From positions 97,481 to 161,480 of the forward strand of contig JBGSJJ010000005.1 of the NCBI GenBank assembly GCA_041742075.1: DNA of 64,000 bases. Direction: 5' to 3'. Source of the stretch: Minisyncoccia bacterium. GTDB taxonomy: Bacteria > Patescibacteriota > Minisyncoccia > Phycocordibacterales > UBA918. Below the pieces are notes generated by a model. The model saw only the letters and a list, made by a program, of their open reading frames with translations, had not been told where the DNA came from and made no database searches. The position numbers and the translations under genes were made by a program. This document shows positions 19,333 through 28,765 of this stretch, in pieces (the stretch's first letter is position 1; every line of letters starts with the position of its first letter).

Positions 19333-21198
19333 ATGTCGTACAACATGCAAGAGCTGTCATTTACAAGAACAACCGCGGGAAAAATTACGGTACTTACCAG
19401 TATCGTCGGAGTAGCAGTGTTTGCTGCCGTTTTCCTCTTTAACCTAGGAGCACAAGAGCTTCAGAAAGTTGAAGCACAAAGTTTAGCTACTACCACGCTA
19501 ACCGTGCTCAACACTCCGCCACAATGGACGGTGGACGCACAGGAACAACTCGGATCATCAACCTCTACCCCAACTAACTCGGGCACGCAAGTCTCATGGG
19601 TCGCAACTGCAACAGACCCAAGTAATCAGCCATATTTCTTGCTTTTGTGTGATACCGCAAACACCCCAACCGCTACTTCTGCCACTACAACCCTCGGCAC
19701 GAATCCACCACGCTGTAGTGCGACATCAACAGTTCGTTGGGCAGTTTCAACTTCTACTGTAAGTGGTCAGCAAGCGCGAGCAGCTACTACTACACTAGAA
19801 TCTTTTGCTGAGCAAAACACTTGGTACGCCTGGATTTGTGACGACGACTTTATTCTTCCTCGCTGTAACAGTCTCTCGAAGCAAGGAACCGGTACGACAT
19901 CTTCACCGTTTTTGGTAAACCATAGACCTAGAATCTCGAGCTTTACCAATGACTCGCCAACCTTACCGGGAGCAGTCGTTACCTTTAGCTCCTCATCGTC
20001 TGATCCTGACGTGGTTTCTTCACCAGACAGAATTCAACTGTTTGTTTGTTCAACCAACTCCTTTAGTACCACTACCCAAACTTGTAACGCGACAACAATT
20101 GCCACTTCCTCTCTCTTAACAAATAACGCATCAAGTAGCTACACTATTCCAATTCCATACGTTGACCAAAACTACAACGCCTTTGGTTTCATTCTTGATG
20201 AACATGGACATGACGCAAACCCACAAGGAGGACTCTCCGCTTTCACTGTAGCGAACGCGACTTCTACCATTAATCCCGGCGATATTACTCTGAATGGTAC
20301 CAGTACACTCATTTTGACGGTAGATGCTGGTCAAACGACTGGCTTCACACTCGACTTCACTGTAAATGATAATAATAGCTGTCTAAACTCAGCTAGTACA
20401 ACTGAGATTATCAATTACCAAGCCTCAGTCTTTAGAACGACGATTGGCTCATCTACCTGTAATGCCAATGGTACTTTTAACGCTAACAATTGTTATCCAA
20501 GCGGTGTGGGTACCTCAACCTGGAACCTGTCATGTACAGCATCTTCGACGAGTTGTACTGGAACAAGTGACACGACTAAGCTTTATAATTGTACGTTCCC
20601 GCTCTGGTACGTCGCTGATCCAACCGATGGTAGTGCTACAACGAGTATCCACTTTGCTACCGACTGGTCAGCCGCCGTATCTGCAGTAGACGATGACTTT
20701 GCCACAAGTTCGTTCACAACGGGTTCTATTGGTAAAGAATTGCAAGCCTTCCTCGCCTTTGCCCTTGATACGCTTGCCATTCCGTATGGTCAGCTTGAGC
20801 CAGGTAACTTCACACCGACCTTGACTGCATCCACTTCATTTAGAGCAACTGGAAACATTGGTCTTGACCAACGTCTGTCTGGAGAGGCTATGTGTAATAC
20901 CTATACAACAGCGGTAAATTGTCCAAACTCAGCCACTTCAACCATTCCTGAGTATGAACAAGTGTTCGCTACCTCAACTGTTGGCTACGGAGCAGCATCA
21001 ACCAGTGGTAATGTACTTTCTTCATCATCACCTGGAGTATTCCTAGACCTCAACGTACCAAAGTCTACTTCAACCAGTGTCCAGGCAACTGCTCGAACGT
21101 ACTGGGGTATCAACGTTCCGATTTCGATAACCTTCTCAGGTTCGTACACAGGTGAAAACACATTCATAGGTGTAGCAAGTAATCCACTCCAATGGTAA
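19333..21198 (+). CDS. Secreted, Thr/Ser-rich, Cys-containing hypothetical protein with an N-terminal membrane anchor or signal sequence.
   Basis: N-terminal hydrophobic segment ITVLTSIVGVAVFAAVFLF. Long T/S-rich composition and many paired Cys residues. Confidence 0.6.
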   Translation: MSYNMQELSFTRTTAGKITVLTSIVGVAVFAAVFLFNLGAQELQKVEAQSLATTTLTVLNTPPQWTVDAQEQLGSSTSTPTNSGTQVSWVATATDPSNQPYFLLLCDTANTPTATSATTTLGTNPPRCSATSTVRWAVSTSTVSGQQARAATTTLESFAEQNTWYAWICDDDFILPRCNSLSKQGTGTTSSPFLVNHRPRISSFTNDSPTLPGAVVTFSSSSSDPDVVSSPDRIQLFVCSTNSFSTTTQTCNATTIATSSLLTNNASSSYTIPIPYVDQNYNAFGFILDEHGHDANPQGGLSAFTVANATSTINPGDITLNGTSTLILTVDAGQTTGFTLDFTVNDNNSCLNSASTTEIINYQASVFRTTIGSSTCNANGTFNANNCYPSGVGTSTWNLSCTASSTSCTGTSDTTKLYNCTFPLWYVADPTDGSATTSIHFATDWSAAVSAVDDDFATSSFTTGSIGKELQAFLAFALDTLAIPYGQLEPGNFTPTLTASTSFRATGNIGLDQRLSGEAMCNTYTTAVNCPNSATSTIPEYEQVFATSTVGYGAASTSGNVLSSSSPGVFLDLNVPKSTSTSVQATARTYWGINVPISITFSGSYTGENTFIGVASNPLQW

Positions 21199-21222
21199 TA
21201 CGAAGTAGCAAATAAAGTTTAT

Positions 21223-21263
21223 AAGAACCGCTGCTATCAGAACAGCGGTTCTTGCTTTATTTC
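21223..21263 (+). terminator. Rho-independent terminator candidate after the 19333-21198 gene.
   Basis: Perfect 11-bp inverted repeat AAGAACCGCTG / CAGCGGTTCTT with a 9-nt loop, followed by the T-rich GCTTTATTTC. Confidence 0.6.
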
Positions 21264-21282
21264 AGGTTATTGTCGATAATTA

Positions 21283-22236
21283 GTGAAACTTATAACTGGC
21301 AAAATGTATCGTCTCTTTTCATTATCATCAGTCATAATTTTCTTTTTCGTGCTCACGGCTGAAGTGGCTCTGGCAGGTTTTGGAGTTACACCTCCGTATG
21401 TTCGTAACACGAGTCTTACTCGTAATTCAACGTATGAGCAGCAAATTTTAATTGTTCGTGGTGACCCGAACGTTCCCCTTAAGGCGTCTATTTTAGTTGA
21501 CGCGCCTGGCTTCTCTGAATGGATTGAAGTTGTTGAAGGAACAGAGTTTGTCCTCCCACGCGGTGAGCAAAAAGTACCAATGACGGTTCGTGTTCGAATA
21601 CCTGATGATGCTGAGTTTAAAAACTACACAGGTTCAATTCGTATCAAGACCGGAGCGGTAGACGATCAGGTTAGTGCTGGAGCGGTAAACATTTCTCTCG
21701 GGGCACAGATTGACCTAGAACTTAACGTCATCGATAAAGTCATCAAAGACTTCAAGGTACGTAAAATTGGTATCAGTGACTTAAACGAAGGAACAAAGAT
21801 TGGGTGGTTGTATTTTCCGGGAAAGATAAATTTCTCAATCGTACTTGAAAACACGGGTAACGTTGACGTAGCGCCGTCTAAAGTTGTCTTCAGAATTTAT
21901 GACGCCACTGGCTCAGTCTTGCTCGAAGAGACAAAGAACAAAGGCAAGATAGAACTCGTAAAGCCGTTTGCTGTGGAAGAGGTTGTCGCCTACTTACCAA
22001 CTTTTCTACCAAAAGGAACCTACCTCGCACGCTACCAAATATTTAATGACGATGAATCAAAGCTTGAAGGCGAGCTAAACCTCAGTATATTGCCGTACGG
22101 CACCCTTCAAGCAGCTGGCTTTGGGTTTAGTGGTCTTTCTCTCATGCATAAGGCATCAGTGATAATGCCAATTGTGGCTATCTTAGTTATCATACTTCTG
22201 TTTTTCATTTCAAGACGACGTAATCGTGTTCGTTAA
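21283..22236 (+). CDS. Two-domain surface protein anchored in the membrane by a C-terminal helix. First member of a three-paralog family.
   Basis: GTG start at 21283; an ATG at 21304 is the alternative. Signal peptide, two beta-rich domains (the second with the motif SIVLENTGNVDVAP), then a C-terminal transmembrane helix IMPIVAILVIILLFFI followed by RRRNR. Confidence 0.6.
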   Translation: MKLITGKMYRLFSLSSVIIFFFVLTAEVALAGFGVTPPYVRNTSLTRNSTYEQQILIVRGDPNVPLKASILVDAPGFSEWIEVVEGTEFVLPRGEQKVPMTVRVRIPDDAEFKNYTGSIRIKTGAVDDQVSAGAVNISLGAQIDLELNVIDKVIKDFKVRKIGISDLNEGTKIGWLYFPGKINFSIVLENTGNVDVAPSKVVFRIYDATGSVLLEETKNKGKIELVKPFAVEEVVAYLPTFLPKGTYLARYQIFNDDESKLEGELNLSILPYGTLQAAGFGFSGLSLMHKASVIMPIVAILVIILLFFISRRRNRVR

Positions 22237-22251
22237 ACAGAAATAGGGTAT

Positions 22252-23361
22252 ATGATCTTATTTTCTAGAAACATATTTCTGGTAGCACTCATCTTTGTTT
22301 TGTTGCCACAGCAATTACTAGCACAGTCATATATTGCAACAACGACACTCAGTTTAAGTATTTGTGGTGATTCAGTGATAAACCCTGGCGAAGAATGTGA
22401 CATACCATCCGAGACTGGTGTCTATAGTACGACTATTGTTGGGCGACAATGCAATGTTAACTGTCAGTTTGGTCCCTACTGTGGAGATGGAATTTTGCAG
22501 ACGCTGTTTAGTGAAGAGTGCGATGACGGTAACAACGATGACGCTGACTTCTGTAGTAGTACCTGTACGATTGAACCAGCTGGTTCAGGTGGTGGTGGTT
22601 CCTCTGGTGGTGGTGGTTCCTCCGGCGGGAGTAGCCGAGACCTGGGGGATACAGAGATTAGTGTCACGGGACGGGCGTATCCAAACCAGACGGTCAACAT
22701 TACGCTTGATGGTAATTCTGTTGGATCAGTTCGTGCTGACTCTCAAGGACGATTTGATTTTACTACCGCAGCTTCCCCAGGAACAGTTTCGATGGGTTTT
22801 TGGGCAAACGACAATCAAGGTACTCGCTCGATAACGCTCAACAATACCTTTGACGTTACTCAAGGAGCCATAACGAACATTGCAAGTATTTTACTTCCAC
22901 CGACACTCCGCGTGAATAGTACCCAAATCGATCCCGGCGCAACAGTCACGTTTAGTGGTCAAGCGCTTCCTAACGCCACGGTACAAGTCCATATCGACGG
23001 TAGTCGTATTGTACAGACCACAACGGCTAACACACTCGGTGTATGGACGCTTAACTACGCCACAAATGCACTCACGCCAAAAGCGTACCCAGTAAAAGCC
23101 CGCTACCAGATCGGAGTTCCACCACTTGTAACTGAAAGTAACTTCAGCTCTACCTTACAACTCTTTGTCGGTGTGGAAGGGCAGTCAAGTACACCGTCCG
23201 ACCTCAGTCGTGACGGCAGGGTAAACCTTACTGACTTTTCTATTCTTATTTTCTGGTGGAATAGTAATGGTGGTGATTCTGACCCTCCGGCTGACATAAA
23301 CAATAACGACCGAGTCGGAATCGAAGACTTTTCTATATTGCTGTTTAATTGGACCGGATAG
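22252..23361 (+). CDS. Secreted protein. Domains in order: Cys-rich repeats of the Myxococcus type, a G/S linker, Ig-like domains, and a C-terminal type-I dockerin-like double repeat.
   Basis: Signal peptide. CGDSVINPGEECD... and CGDGILQTLFSEECDDGNNDDADFCSSTC. Dockerin segments DLSRDGRVNLTDFSILIFWW and ADINNNDRVGIEDFSILLFNW. Confidence 0.65.
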   Translation: MILFSRNIFLVALIFVLLPQQLLAQSYIATTTLSLSICGDSVINPGEECDIPSETGVYSTTIVGRQCNVNCQFGPYCGDGILQTLFSEECDDGNNDDADFCSSTCTIEPAGSGGGGSSGGGGSSGGSSRDLGDTEISVTGRAYPNQTVNITLDGNSVGSVRADSQGRFDFTTAASPGTVSMGFWANDNQGTRSITLNNTFDVTQGAITNIASILLPPTLRVNSTQIDPGATVTFSGQALPNATVQVHIDGSRIVQTTTANTLGVWTLNYATNALTPKAYPVKARYQIGVPPLVTESNFSSTLQLFVGVEGQSSTPSDLSRDGRVNLTDFSILIFWWNSNGGDSDPPADINNNDRVGIEDFSILLFNWTG

Positions 23362-23382
23362 GAAAATGAGCAAAGGAGCGTC

Positions 23383-23404
23383 GCGACTATTGCGAATTTT
23401 CTTC
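23383..23404. repeat. Copy 1 of a 22-bp direct repeat, GCGACTATTGCGAATTTTCTTC. It overlaps a 7-bp-stem hairpin, GCGAATT-N8-AATTCGC, at 23392-23413.
   Basis: Exact 22-mer also at 23574-23595. Confidence 0.7.
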
Positions 23405-23429
23405 CCAATTCGCCCCTTTCCTAGGTCAG

Positions 23430-23463
23430 CGTAGAATTTTCATTAGCAATAGAAAATTCTACG
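23430..23463. promoter_or_regulatory. Perfect 12-bp-stem hairpin, CGTAGAATTTTC-N10-GAAAATTCTACG, in the intergenic region. Terminator-like or a protein-binding palindrome.
   Basis: Read directly from the sequence. No T-run follows, so an operator role is as likely as a terminator. Confidence 0.55.
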
Positions 23464-23573
23464 TATGAAAAACATAGTCGCTACGCTCGTTGTTTTTCAC
23501 AATTGCTCCCAGGCGCACTCCAACCTTTGCTGAGCATCACTAGTTCTTACTAATTATTTAAATCACTCCCGTG

Positions 23574-23595
23574 GCGACTATTGCGAATTTTCTTC
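23574..23595. repeat. Copy 2 of the 22-bp direct repeat, GCGACTATTGCGAATTTTCTTC.
   Basis: Exact match to 23383-23404. Confidence 0.7.
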
Positions 23596-24008
23596 AGCGC
23601 TATTTTATTCCTAGATAAAACATCGGCGCAATACCACATAATTTCAAAGTAAATTTGCGTAGTAATTATAAATTTTCTATAGACATTTGCTATTTTGCTG
23701 TCAGAGAAATATAAATTGGCATTTTTGTGTATAACTTGCACCCGTAAAAATGTACTGCACGCTACAATGTAAATGTATTTGTTACAGAGGTAACTCATTA
23801 GATGGTTACTGCACTTAGTTCGCGTACTATAGTGGGCACTTCAGCCGGGTGTTATGTAGCAAATATGCTTATGGACATTTATCAATAAGGAGGTGTGGAG
23901 ACCAACTTATTATACGTACCACAACACCACAGTGGTATTGACTCACATACTAATGATGTACAACTCGTTTTTATAGTGAGGGACATAGGCTAAAAACAAC
24001 GTAGAGCT

Positions 24009-25154
24009 ATGCTTAAAACGGAAAAAACCGTTACGCAGCTCAAAACTATTGCAATGGTTGCAGGCCTCGCGATTATTTTATGGTCGCTTGGACTGCCGTA
24101 TATCCAGCTTGCTGGAGCCGCTAATGTTACAAACTTTAGCGACACACTATCAGACTCAGCCCCAAATGCATTATCAAATCATACACTTGTGTATGAAGCG
24201 ACCAGCGGTGTTGCAAACGGTGAAACTATCGTCCTTACGTTCGAAGCAGGCTTCGACCTACTCGCGGTAGATTTCAGTGACATTGATCTCTCAGGAGATA
24301 CCTTCGGTCCATTTGACCTCGCAGCGACCTGCGGAGTTGGTGTCGAGGCCAGCGTGGCCACTTCATCTGGACCAACCATTACACTTGATTTGTGTGCTGG
24401 TGAAGGAGGAGTAATCGCTGCTGACGAGGAAGTAACTATTCTCATCGGTCTAAATGCATCTGGCGGAGACGCACAGATTAGAAACCCAGGAACCGCTGTT
24501 TCTTATGACATCACTCTTGATAGTGGTTCAGAGGACAGTGGCGCAACAATTGTTGCGATTGTTGCCAGCGTTACTGTGACGGCTGCCGTAAATACCATCT
24601 TTACCTTTACGGTAGATGGTGTAGGTGGAGGTCAAAACGTAAACGGAGTAACAACTACTGGAGTAAGTTCTTCTACAGGAATTGCGTTTGGAACGTTGTC
24701 TCCGGGAGTAGCTTCAACGGCCGCTCAAGATCTTACAGTTGAAACAAATGCTAGTAATGGCTTTGTAGTAACGGTACAGACTGACGGTCCACTTGAATCT
24801 TCAACTGGAGCAGACATCGATTCATACAATGAAGGGTCTGACACAGACACTCCATCGGGTCCATGGTCAGCACCAAACGGAGTTATAGGTCAAGAGAATA
24901 CGTATGGTCACTGGGGTATTACTTCAAATGATCAAAATACACAGGGCGCTCGAGCATCAGATTTTGCTACAAGCACCTTCTCTGCAGCGAGTACAACTCC
25001 TCGCATCGTAATGGCCCATAATGACGTTGCTGACGCAAACGAGCCAGGAATTGGTATTGCGCGCGTAGGGTATCAAATAGAAATTACTTCGCTTCAAGAA
25101 GCGGGTGATGACTACACGACTACACTAACGTACGTTGCTACACCATCATTCTAA
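24009..25154 (+). CDS. Secreted G/T/S/A-rich protein that may be a major surface or S-layer-type protein.
   Basis: Signal peptide ...IAMVAGLAIILWSLGLPYIQLAGA|ANV. It is preceded by a 650-bp AT-rich intergenic region carrying repeats and a hairpin, and is followed by a strong intrinsic terminator. Confidence 0.6.
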   Translation: MLKTEKTVTQLKTIAMVAGLAIILWSLGLPYIQLAGAANVTNFSDTLSDSAPNALSNHTLVYEATSGVANGETIVLTFEAGFDLLAVDFSDIDLSGDTFGPFDLAATCGVGVEASVATSSGPTITLDLCAGEGGVIAADEEVTILIGLNASGGDAQIRNPGTAVSYDITLDSGSEDSGATIVAIVASVTVTAAVNTIFTFTVDGVGGGQNVNGVTTTGVSSSTGIAFGTLSPGVASTAAQDLTVETNASNGFVVTVQTDGPLESSTGADIDSYNEGSDTDTPSGPWSAPNGVIGQENTYGHWGITSNDQNTQGARASDFATSTFSAASTTPRIVMAHNDVADANEPGIGIARVGYQIEITSLQEAGDDYTTTLTYVATPSF

Positions 25155-25213
25155 GTAGAAGAAAAGGTACAAATCTCTCATTGCAATAGTAGAGCTACGC
25201 AAATAAACCTATC

Positions 25214-25237
25214 TCCCACCACGAGGTGGGTTTTTTG
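25214..25237 (+). terminator. Rho-independent terminator.
   Basis: TCCCACC-ACGA-GGTGGG followed by TTTTTT. Confidence 0.75.
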
Positions 25238-25274
25238 CTGTTCACATTTTTAGTCACAAACTGAGAGAGATTGT

Positions 25275-25283
25275 TGCTATACT
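25275..25283 (+). promoter_or_regulatory. Extended -10 element TGCTATACT, 7 nt upstream of the ATG at 25291.
   Basis: Exact recurrent 9-mer. Confidence 0.5.
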
Positions 25284-25290
25284 AAAGGAA

Positions 25291-26328
25291 ATGAAACGCG
25301 CAATTTGCCTTATTCTTTGTAGTGGTATTTTTCTAAGTAGTGGCAGTTATGTGTCGGCAGCTACGCTTTACATGGACCCAAATAAAATTGAGCTGATGCG
25401 TGGCGACACCAGTGTTTTTTCTCTTAGACTAAATACTGACCCGGGCGAATGTATAAACGTTGTTGATGCCGTCATAACCTATACAGAAAATATTGAACCG
25501 GTTGATATTTCTCGCGGTAATTCAATCTTGTCTATCTGGGTAGAGGAGCCAAAAATTAACAAAGAAAATCGAACCATTACGTTTGCTGGCGGGATCCCTA
25601 ATGGGTACTGTGGTCGGATAGCTGGTGACCCGAGACTTACGAACAACTTGGTAGATATTTTGTTTATGTCACCGGGTCTTTCTATTGGAACAACAGAAAA
25701 TGGCAACTTGGCCAAGATTAACTACGGTGAGCAAACGCGTGTGCTATTAAATGACGGCTTTGGTACTGAAGCACCACGACAGCTCTTTGGAGCAGAAATC
25801 ACTCTGTCACCTAATGCTGGTTCGCAGGTCAATAACGAGTGGCTTGATAGAGTGGAGGCCGATGAAATTCCTCCCGAAGACTTTACGGTAAGTCTTGAAC
25901 AAACACCAAATGCTTTTGGCGGAAAGTACTTTATTGTTTTTAATACCACCGACAAGCAAACCGGTTTAGCGTACTATGAGGTAATTGAGGAACCGCTTGA
26001 ACTCATCAATCTTTTCAGTTGGGGTGCCGCCGATGCTCCGTGGAGAGAGACGCAAAGTCCATACGTGCTAAAGGACCAGACACTTAACAGTACTATCCGC
26101 GTTCGGGCGGTGGATAAAGCTGGTAATGAGTATATGGCTACTTTGATTCCAGATGAATCAAGACGAGGCATCCCAATGCCATACCTGCTTATTTTTGGAG
26201 CGATACTGGTGCTTACGGTTGGCCTACTAACTCTCGGATACGTTCTAATTCGTCGATTCAAGGCTAGAAAATCAGAAGACCACTCTTCAGACAATGATAC
26301 GCTCGAGGAAGATGAAGTTGAAGAATAA
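25291..26328 (+). CDS. Membrane-anchored surface protein with an N-terminal cohesin-like domain, a C-terminal transmembrane helix and an acidic cytoplasmic tail.
   Basis: Signal peptide, then a cohesin-like pattern: ATLYMDP...VFSLRLNTDPGECINVVDAVITYTENIEPVDISRGNSILSIWVEEP...TITFAGGIPNGYCG. Transmembrane helix LLIFGAILVLTVGLLTLGYVLI. C-terminal tail EDEVEE. Confidence 0.6.
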   Translation: MKRAICLILCSGIFLSSGSYVSAATLYMDPNKIELMRGDTSVFSLRLNTDPGECINVVDAVITYTENIEPVDISRGNSILSIWVEEPKINKENRTITFAGGIPNGYCGRIAGDPRLTNNLVDILFMSPGLSIGTTENGNLAKINYGEQTRVLLNDGFGTEAPRQLFGAEITLSPNAGSQVNNEWLDRVEADEIPPEDFTVSLEQTPNAFGGKYFIVFNTTDKQTGLAYYEVIEEPLELINLFSWGAADAPWRETQSPYVLKDQTLNSTIRVRAVDKAGNEYMATLIPDESRRGIPMPYLLIFGAILVLTVGLLTLGYVLIRRFKARKSEDHSSDNDTLEEDEVEE

Positions 26329-26329
26329 T

Positions 26330-28093
26330 ATGAGTGCGTATTTATTTAAAAACATATATTCAACTGTCTACCTAGTCGTACTAATGGTGTTTGTGTGTTT
26401 AGGTTTTACACTTCAGGCTGAAGCTGCAACACTATCATTTTCACCAAGTACCGGTGTATACCAAAGTGGTAAAACGTTTACCGCTAGTGTTGTCATAAAT
26501 ACAGAGGGTCAATCAATCAACGCGGCAGAAGGAACGATAAAGTTTAACCCCGGCGAGCTATCAGTAGTTAGTGTAACGAAAGGCTCGCTTTTTAATCTCT
26601 GGACAGCAGAACCAACGTTTTCTAATTCAGCTGGTACCATCTCATTTAGTGGCGGTAACCCAACTGGGTACAAGGGATCAGCTGGTACGGTACTGACTAT
26701 TACGTTTAGGGCAACAGGGAGCGGTTCAGCTAAAACTTCCTTTGGTAGTGGGGCTGTTCTGGCAGCAGACGGGAGGGGTACTAACGTACTTTCTACCATG
26801 GGTAGTGGCAACTACACGATTAGTTCACAAACTACTACACCGACTGAAGAAGTGATTATTGAGTATGTAGCTCCCGCGAATACTCCCGGGGCACCAGTTA
26901 TAACCTCAACTACTCACAGTGACTCAAGTAAATGGTACAAGCAAAAAACTGCTGAGTTGAGTTGGAAACTACCGGCGGGAGTGACGGGTGTACGCACCTC
27001 GCTCGATACGTCGCCGTCTGGGGTACCGACTAAAGTCTACGACAGTCCGATTTCAAGCATCTCACTCCCTGACCTAGACGAAGGGGTTTCGTACTTTCAC
27101 TTACAATTTCGAAACGCAGATGGCTGGGGCAAAATTACCCATTATCGTCTCGCGATAGACTCTGAAGCACCTTCTGCCTTTACCTTGGCAGTAAAGGAAG
27201 GTTCAGATAGCGCTAGCCCAACCCAGACGCTTTCGTACCAGGTAACTGACGAGTCGTCTTCCGTCAATAGATTTATGCTTCAAATAGACGGTGCTGAAGC
27301 AATTGAGTATATTGATTCTGACAAGAAAGGTGAAATTATTTTGCCGGAGCTTAAACCTGGGTATCACACCATTGTTGTAGAGGCCTTTGATGAAGCGGGA
27401 AATGGCACGTTGGCTACGATTTCGTTAACGATTGAGTCATTTGATAAGCCAGTCTTTACCGAGTACCCAACGAGTATCGACAACACTGTTATTCCAGTCA
27501 TTAAAGGTAAGACGCGTCCGCAAGCGACTGTTAAAGTCACCTTTACACAAGTCGGTGTGGGAGTCTCTTCAAGTGATACCGTTAAAACCTATGAAGTCGG
27601 AGCGGGAGAAAATGGCGAATTTGTTGTTATTCCTGACGGTAGACTAGGGTATGGTGTCTATGAACTCAGCGCCATTGCGTTAGATACAAGCGGTGCCCAA
27701 AGTGACATATCTGAGATAATCCGAATAGTAGTTGAAGAGCCGGGTTACGTACGTTTTGGCACCTTTGCTATCAGTGTACTTTCAGTGGTTATTCCACTTT
27801 TGGCACTCTGTATCCTGCTGTTTGTCAGTGTGTGGTTTATTTTGGTACGAACGAGACTGCTTAAAAAGGGAGTGGTGAGAGAAGCGCATGAAGCAGAAGC
27901 CATGCTGGTACGAGAGTTTAAAGAGCTACGAACGCTACTTGATTCGCAAAAGGAAGTTTTGATAGCTTCTCGAAAGGGAGGTAAAATGACTAAGTCTGAG
28001 TCAGACCTCATAGATGAACTCGCACATGCCCTGCGGGAGTCTGAGAATCGAGTCATGAAAGAGATAGAAGATGTTAATAAGCTTGTCGAATAA
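26330..28093 (+). CDS. Membrane-anchored surface protein. Domains in order: N-terminal cohesin-like domain, Ig/Fn3-like domains, a transmembrane helix, and a cytoplasmic coiled coil.
   Basis: ATLSFSPSTGVYQSGKTFTASVVINTEGQSINAAEGTIKFNPGELSVVSVTKGSLFNLWTAEP...TISFSGGNPTGYKG. Transmembrane helix ISVLSVVIPLLALCILLFVSVWFIL. The ORF is open from 26294, but the start was chosen at the ATG at 26330 to avoid overlap with the upstream gene. Confidence 0.6.
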   Translation: MSAYLFKNIYSTVYLVVLMVFVCLGFTLQAEAATLSFSPSTGVYQSGKTFTASVVINTEGQSINAAEGTIKFNPGELSVVSVTKGSLFNLWTAEPTFSNSAGTISFSGGNPTGYKGSAGTVLTITFRATGSGSAKTSFGSGAVLAADGRGTNVLSTMGSGNYTISSQTTTPTEEVIIEYVAPANTPGAPVITSTTHSDSSKWYKQKTAELSWKLPAGVTGVRTSLDTSPSGVPTKVYDSPISSISLPDLDEGVSYFHLQFRNADGWGKITHYRLAIDSEAPSAFTLAVKEGSDSASPTQTLSYQVTDESSSVNRFMLQIDGAEAIEYIDSDKKGEIILPELKPGYHTIVVEAFDEAGNGTLATISLTIESFDKPVFTEYPTSIDNTVIPVIKGKTRPQATVKVTFTQVGVGVSSSDTVKTYEVGAGENGEFVVIPDGRLGYGVYELSAIALDTSGAQSDISEIIRIVVEEPGYVRFGTFAISVLSVVIPLLALCILLFVSVWFILVRTRLLKKGVVREAHEAEAMLVREFKELRTLLDSQKEVLIASRKGGKMTKSESDLIDELAHALRESENRVMKEIEDVNKLVE

Positions 28094-28121
28094 TCAGAAT
28101 GATATGAATAAGGATGCGTAT

Positions 28122-28757
28122 ATGAAAATTACTTTGTTGGCACTCGTCGGCTTTTTTGTAGTCGCAGTTGTTCTCTATATTGGAATTCAACAACGACTTC
28201 TTGGATCACTGACGAGTATTATCCAAAATGAAGAACAACTACAACGCGAGTACTCAACGCACCTAGCCAACAATACAGCCCCAGGTGATGTCGCCAGTTA
28301 TTACACAGACTGTAAAACTGAGTCACGCTCTGAGTATGAGCGACTTCTTTCAATCATAACAACTTTGTCTATACCTGAGCTTGAGAAGCTCGATCAGCTT
28401 TTTGTCGAATGTGCGTATTTTTATCCAGTCCAACAAGGTATAGTCTTGACTAAGCTTAAAGACTTAAACAGTACCTATACCAAACACATTGCGCTCTATG
28501 ATTCACTCTGGTTTGACAACGTGTACGCTAAAAGAGCGGACGTATGGGAACAAATTATTAAAGAAGAGTCATTAAAACACGATTTGACCCGTGAACTCGT
28601 AGCTATCCAGAAAAGTATTATTGAAGAACTCCGTAAAGGGACTCCTAAAGAAAATGAAGCAATTGAGTCACAGCGTAGTCGAGCTGACGAGATTTTGGTA
28701 GGAATACTTACTGCTCGTAACGAGTTAAATAGACTGCAGACAGAACTTAGCTATTAG
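28122..28757 (+). CDS. Hypothetical protein with an N-terminal transmembrane anchor and a coiled coil.
   Basis: MKITLLALVGFFVVAVVLYIG followed by helical, charged sequence. The ORF is open from 28071, but that would overlap the preceding gene. Confidence 0.5.
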   Translation: MKITLLALVGFFVVAVVLYIGIQQRLLGSLTSIIQNEEQLQREYSTHLANNTAPGDVASYYTDCKTESRSEYERLLSIITTLSIPELEKLDQLFVECAYFYPVQQGIVLTKLKDLNSTYTKHIALYDSLWFDNVYAKRADVWEQIIKEESLKHDLTRELVAIQKSIIEELRKGTPKENEAIESQRSRADEILVGILTARNELNRLQTELSY

Positions 28758-28765
28758 TAGCATCT

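Noticed and set aside
23362-24008. CRISPR array or mobile-element remnant in the AT-rich intergenic region.
   Set aside because: There are only two copies of a 22-bp direct repeat with an irregular 191-bp spacing, no third repeat, and no cas or transposase genes nearby. This is not a CRISPR array or IS element.
26294-26329. Upstream start at 26294 (MIRSRKMKLKNN...) for the second cohesin-like gene.
   Set aside because: It would overlap the preceding gene by 35 bp and adds a non-signal-peptide basic extension. The ATG at 26330, directly after the upstream stop, gives a cleaner signal-anchor N-terminus. I cannot exclude the longer form.
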